From: Camelus ferus
Taxonomy: Eukaryota
NCBI RefSeq assembly: GCF_009834535.1
Contig: NC_045696.1
Location: 50,470,001-50,534,000, forward strand
DNA: 64,000 nucleotides
Direction of reading: 5' to 3'
Below, piece by piece: positions 62,373 to 64,000 of the stretch. The position numbers were made by a program, and so were the translations under genes. How positions within the stretch are numbered: position 1 is the first letter of the stretch; each line of letters starts with the position of its first letter. The notes beneath the pieces are model-generated. The model searched no databases. It had not been told where the DNA came from and saw only the letters and a program-made list of their open reading frames with translations.

Positions 62373-62626
62373 CTATAGCCTTGAGCTTCCACATGTTTAA
62401 GCCGGTTGCTTTTAAGAAGTTTACTACCCAGAAAGGTGGTCTGAGCCTTGAGTTTTTTGCTCCTACACCACTGAATCGCCATTTGGATTTCTTTAGAAAG
62501 TTCTATGAAGGTCTCAGCTTCTTGGAATCTTTGCACAAAACTTTTCACACAGGGAGTTCCTATTGCTTTCCAAGAATGTTTGGTTGCCTTTAATTTGGAT
62601 TGAGAACATTTAAACTCAAAGTTAGT
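62373..62626 (-). CDS. NEPRO: NEPRO penultimate coding exon (254 nt)
   Basis: Acceptor acatttcag|[16 protein letters not shown]...[13 protein letters not shown]...[32 protein letters not shown]; donor AG|gtaagt. Confidence 0.92.
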
Positions 62627-63599
62627 CTGAAATGTGGAAAGGTGATAAAAATATATTGGATTTGTTAAAGACTTACAAATATATGACAACAGAGAAAAGC
62701 TGACTCATAGACTATCAAAATTTGAAAATACGTCTTTTTAAAAGAAGGAAACAAGTTTTTTTCCAGCTCACTATGCTTTCCTTTTGTCTTAAATTTTTTA
62801 TTCTCTGCTCCTAACACAAGGTTTCCTCCCCCCTCTGCTACAGTAGATCCCATCTGTAGCTGAATTCAGTTGTACACAGGTAGCAATATAAGTATTTCCA
62901 TACCTGTCTATTTATTTAACCTACACATAAGAATAAAAGTCCACATGATTAAGTACTGGTCAAAACCTATCTGGTAGGGGAAAAAAACCCAAAAACTGAA
63001 GAGTCCTTTTCCTCTATACTGGGCTACCACAGCTTGTTTTTCATTTATTTCTATATCCTGAGTCACCGTCCTCAATGATGGGTCATAAATGTTACTGAAA
63101 ACGTGTGAAGATGGGGATGATTGCTGAATGTATATTAAAAATGCTTAATTGAGCAACATTTCCAATTCAGTCATCTTTTGATGTGGCACCTTTGTCTCTT
63201 CAACCTCATCTTTCTGTATAAAGTCAAGTTTGAATTTTATCAACTTTTACTGTTTATTAAAATGTGCCACCTTTAGGTCTTCTTCTATACTCCATTCAAA
63301 ACTTACCTTCTTCCAAATATCTCTCTCAAAAAATATTAAAAAGTAGTAGGAAATATGAAAGGTGGAGACCTATCAATACTTTGTGTTGGAGCTCAATAAA
63401 AGAAGTTTGACTAAAACTTTAGCATACTGGTGCTAAACGCTAAAAATGTGGTAGTGATTGGTCATGAATAAGAGGGATGCTGGGACCAGCTCACCTAGGA
63501 TCAGGTGGATGGACTGCAGAAATCTCAAGGGTCACAGAGAGCCACAGTTCTTAAGAGAGAGCTGACAGAACTATTTGGGGGACTAGTGTAACAAAAAAG

Positions 63600-63825
63600 A
63601 ACAAAGACTGTGAAACCAAACTGCCTGTGTTCAGATCCCAGCTCTGCCCTGTATCTGCTGTGTGGCCTGAGCAAATTTCTTGTCCTTTCTATGCCTCAAT
63701 TTTTTCATCTGAAATATGGAAACAAGAATAACAGTATGTAACTCACAGGGCTTTTGCAAGGATTATATGAGTTAATACATACAAACTGTTTTGAACAATG
63801 CCTGGCAAGAGTAAATGCAGTATAG
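63600..63825 (+). mobile_element. MIR SINE
   Basis: CTGCCTG.GTTCA.ATCCCAGCTCTGCC...GCCTCA.TTT..TCATCTG.AA.ATGG...GAACA.TGCCTGGCA. Confidence 0.85.
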
Positions 63826-63826
63826 G

Positions 63827-63866
63827 GATGATGATGGTGGTGATGATGATGATGGTGATGATGATG
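63827..63866. repeat. (GAT/GGT)n trinucleotide microsatellite at the MIR tail
   Basis: GATGATGATGGTGGTGATGATGATGATGGTGATGATGATG; source of the poly-His and poly-Ser in the spurious ORFs here. Confidence 0.9.
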
Positions 63867-64000
63867 TCGTCTCCCTCTGGAACTCATGAACTGGACAAAA
63901 TGTAAATGCAAGCTGGAATCCGGGTAAACCTTCAGGAAAGTACTCTGACTTACTATAAATGATTAAGGATTCTTGAATAGAATGGAAGAAATAACCCATG

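Larger units (their letters stand above)
59710..62626 (-). other. NEPRO: Nucleolus and neural progenitor protein gene (C3orf17), 3' portion; upstream exons lie right of the window
   Basis: Two exons joined AG|T in phase 2, ending in the characteristic C-terminus [11 protein letters not shown]; convergent with GTPBP8 as in known synteny. Confidence 0.92.

Noticed and set aside
63705..63999. Poly-His and poly-Ser ORFs as a NEPRO exon
   Set aside because: Derived from a (GAT/GGT)n microsatellite on a MIR tail; no NEPRO-like sequence. The next NEPRO exon is probably beyond position 64000.

Overview
AT-rich, repeat-dense mammalian genomic DNA, most likely from a camelid: it carries a tRNA-Ala-derived Vic-1-like SINE and artiodactyl-type L1 3' ends, and I saw no Alu, B1/B2, Bov-tA, PRE-1 or Can-SINE. 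The window is the conserved CD200R1 - GTPBP8 - NEPRO block. (1) The 5' part of CD200R1 is on the minus strand, with coding exons 28997-29063, 7706-7786, 4233-4292, 842-1159 and 474-722; the transmembrane and cytoplasmic exons lie left of the window. (2) The complete 6-exon GTPBP8 gene is on the plus strand (47132-57550, 291 aa) behind a CpG-island promoter. (3) The last two coding exons of NEPRO (C3orf17) are on the minus strand (62373-62626 and 59710-60172), convergent with GTPBP8. The rest is intronic or intergenic L1, L2, MIR, LTR and DNA-transposon relics. The most notable unexplained structures are a 122-bp, 97%-identical inverted repeat 1.8 kb upstream of CD200R1, a 15-aa uORF in the CD200R1 leader, a junction-regenerated (recursive-type) 5' splice site at the P-loop exon of GTPBP8, and an intron read-through giving a soluble V-domain-only CD200R1. 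Repeat family names and cross-species comparisons come from memory of consensus sequences and need database confirmation. I found no evidence of a wholly new gene system.
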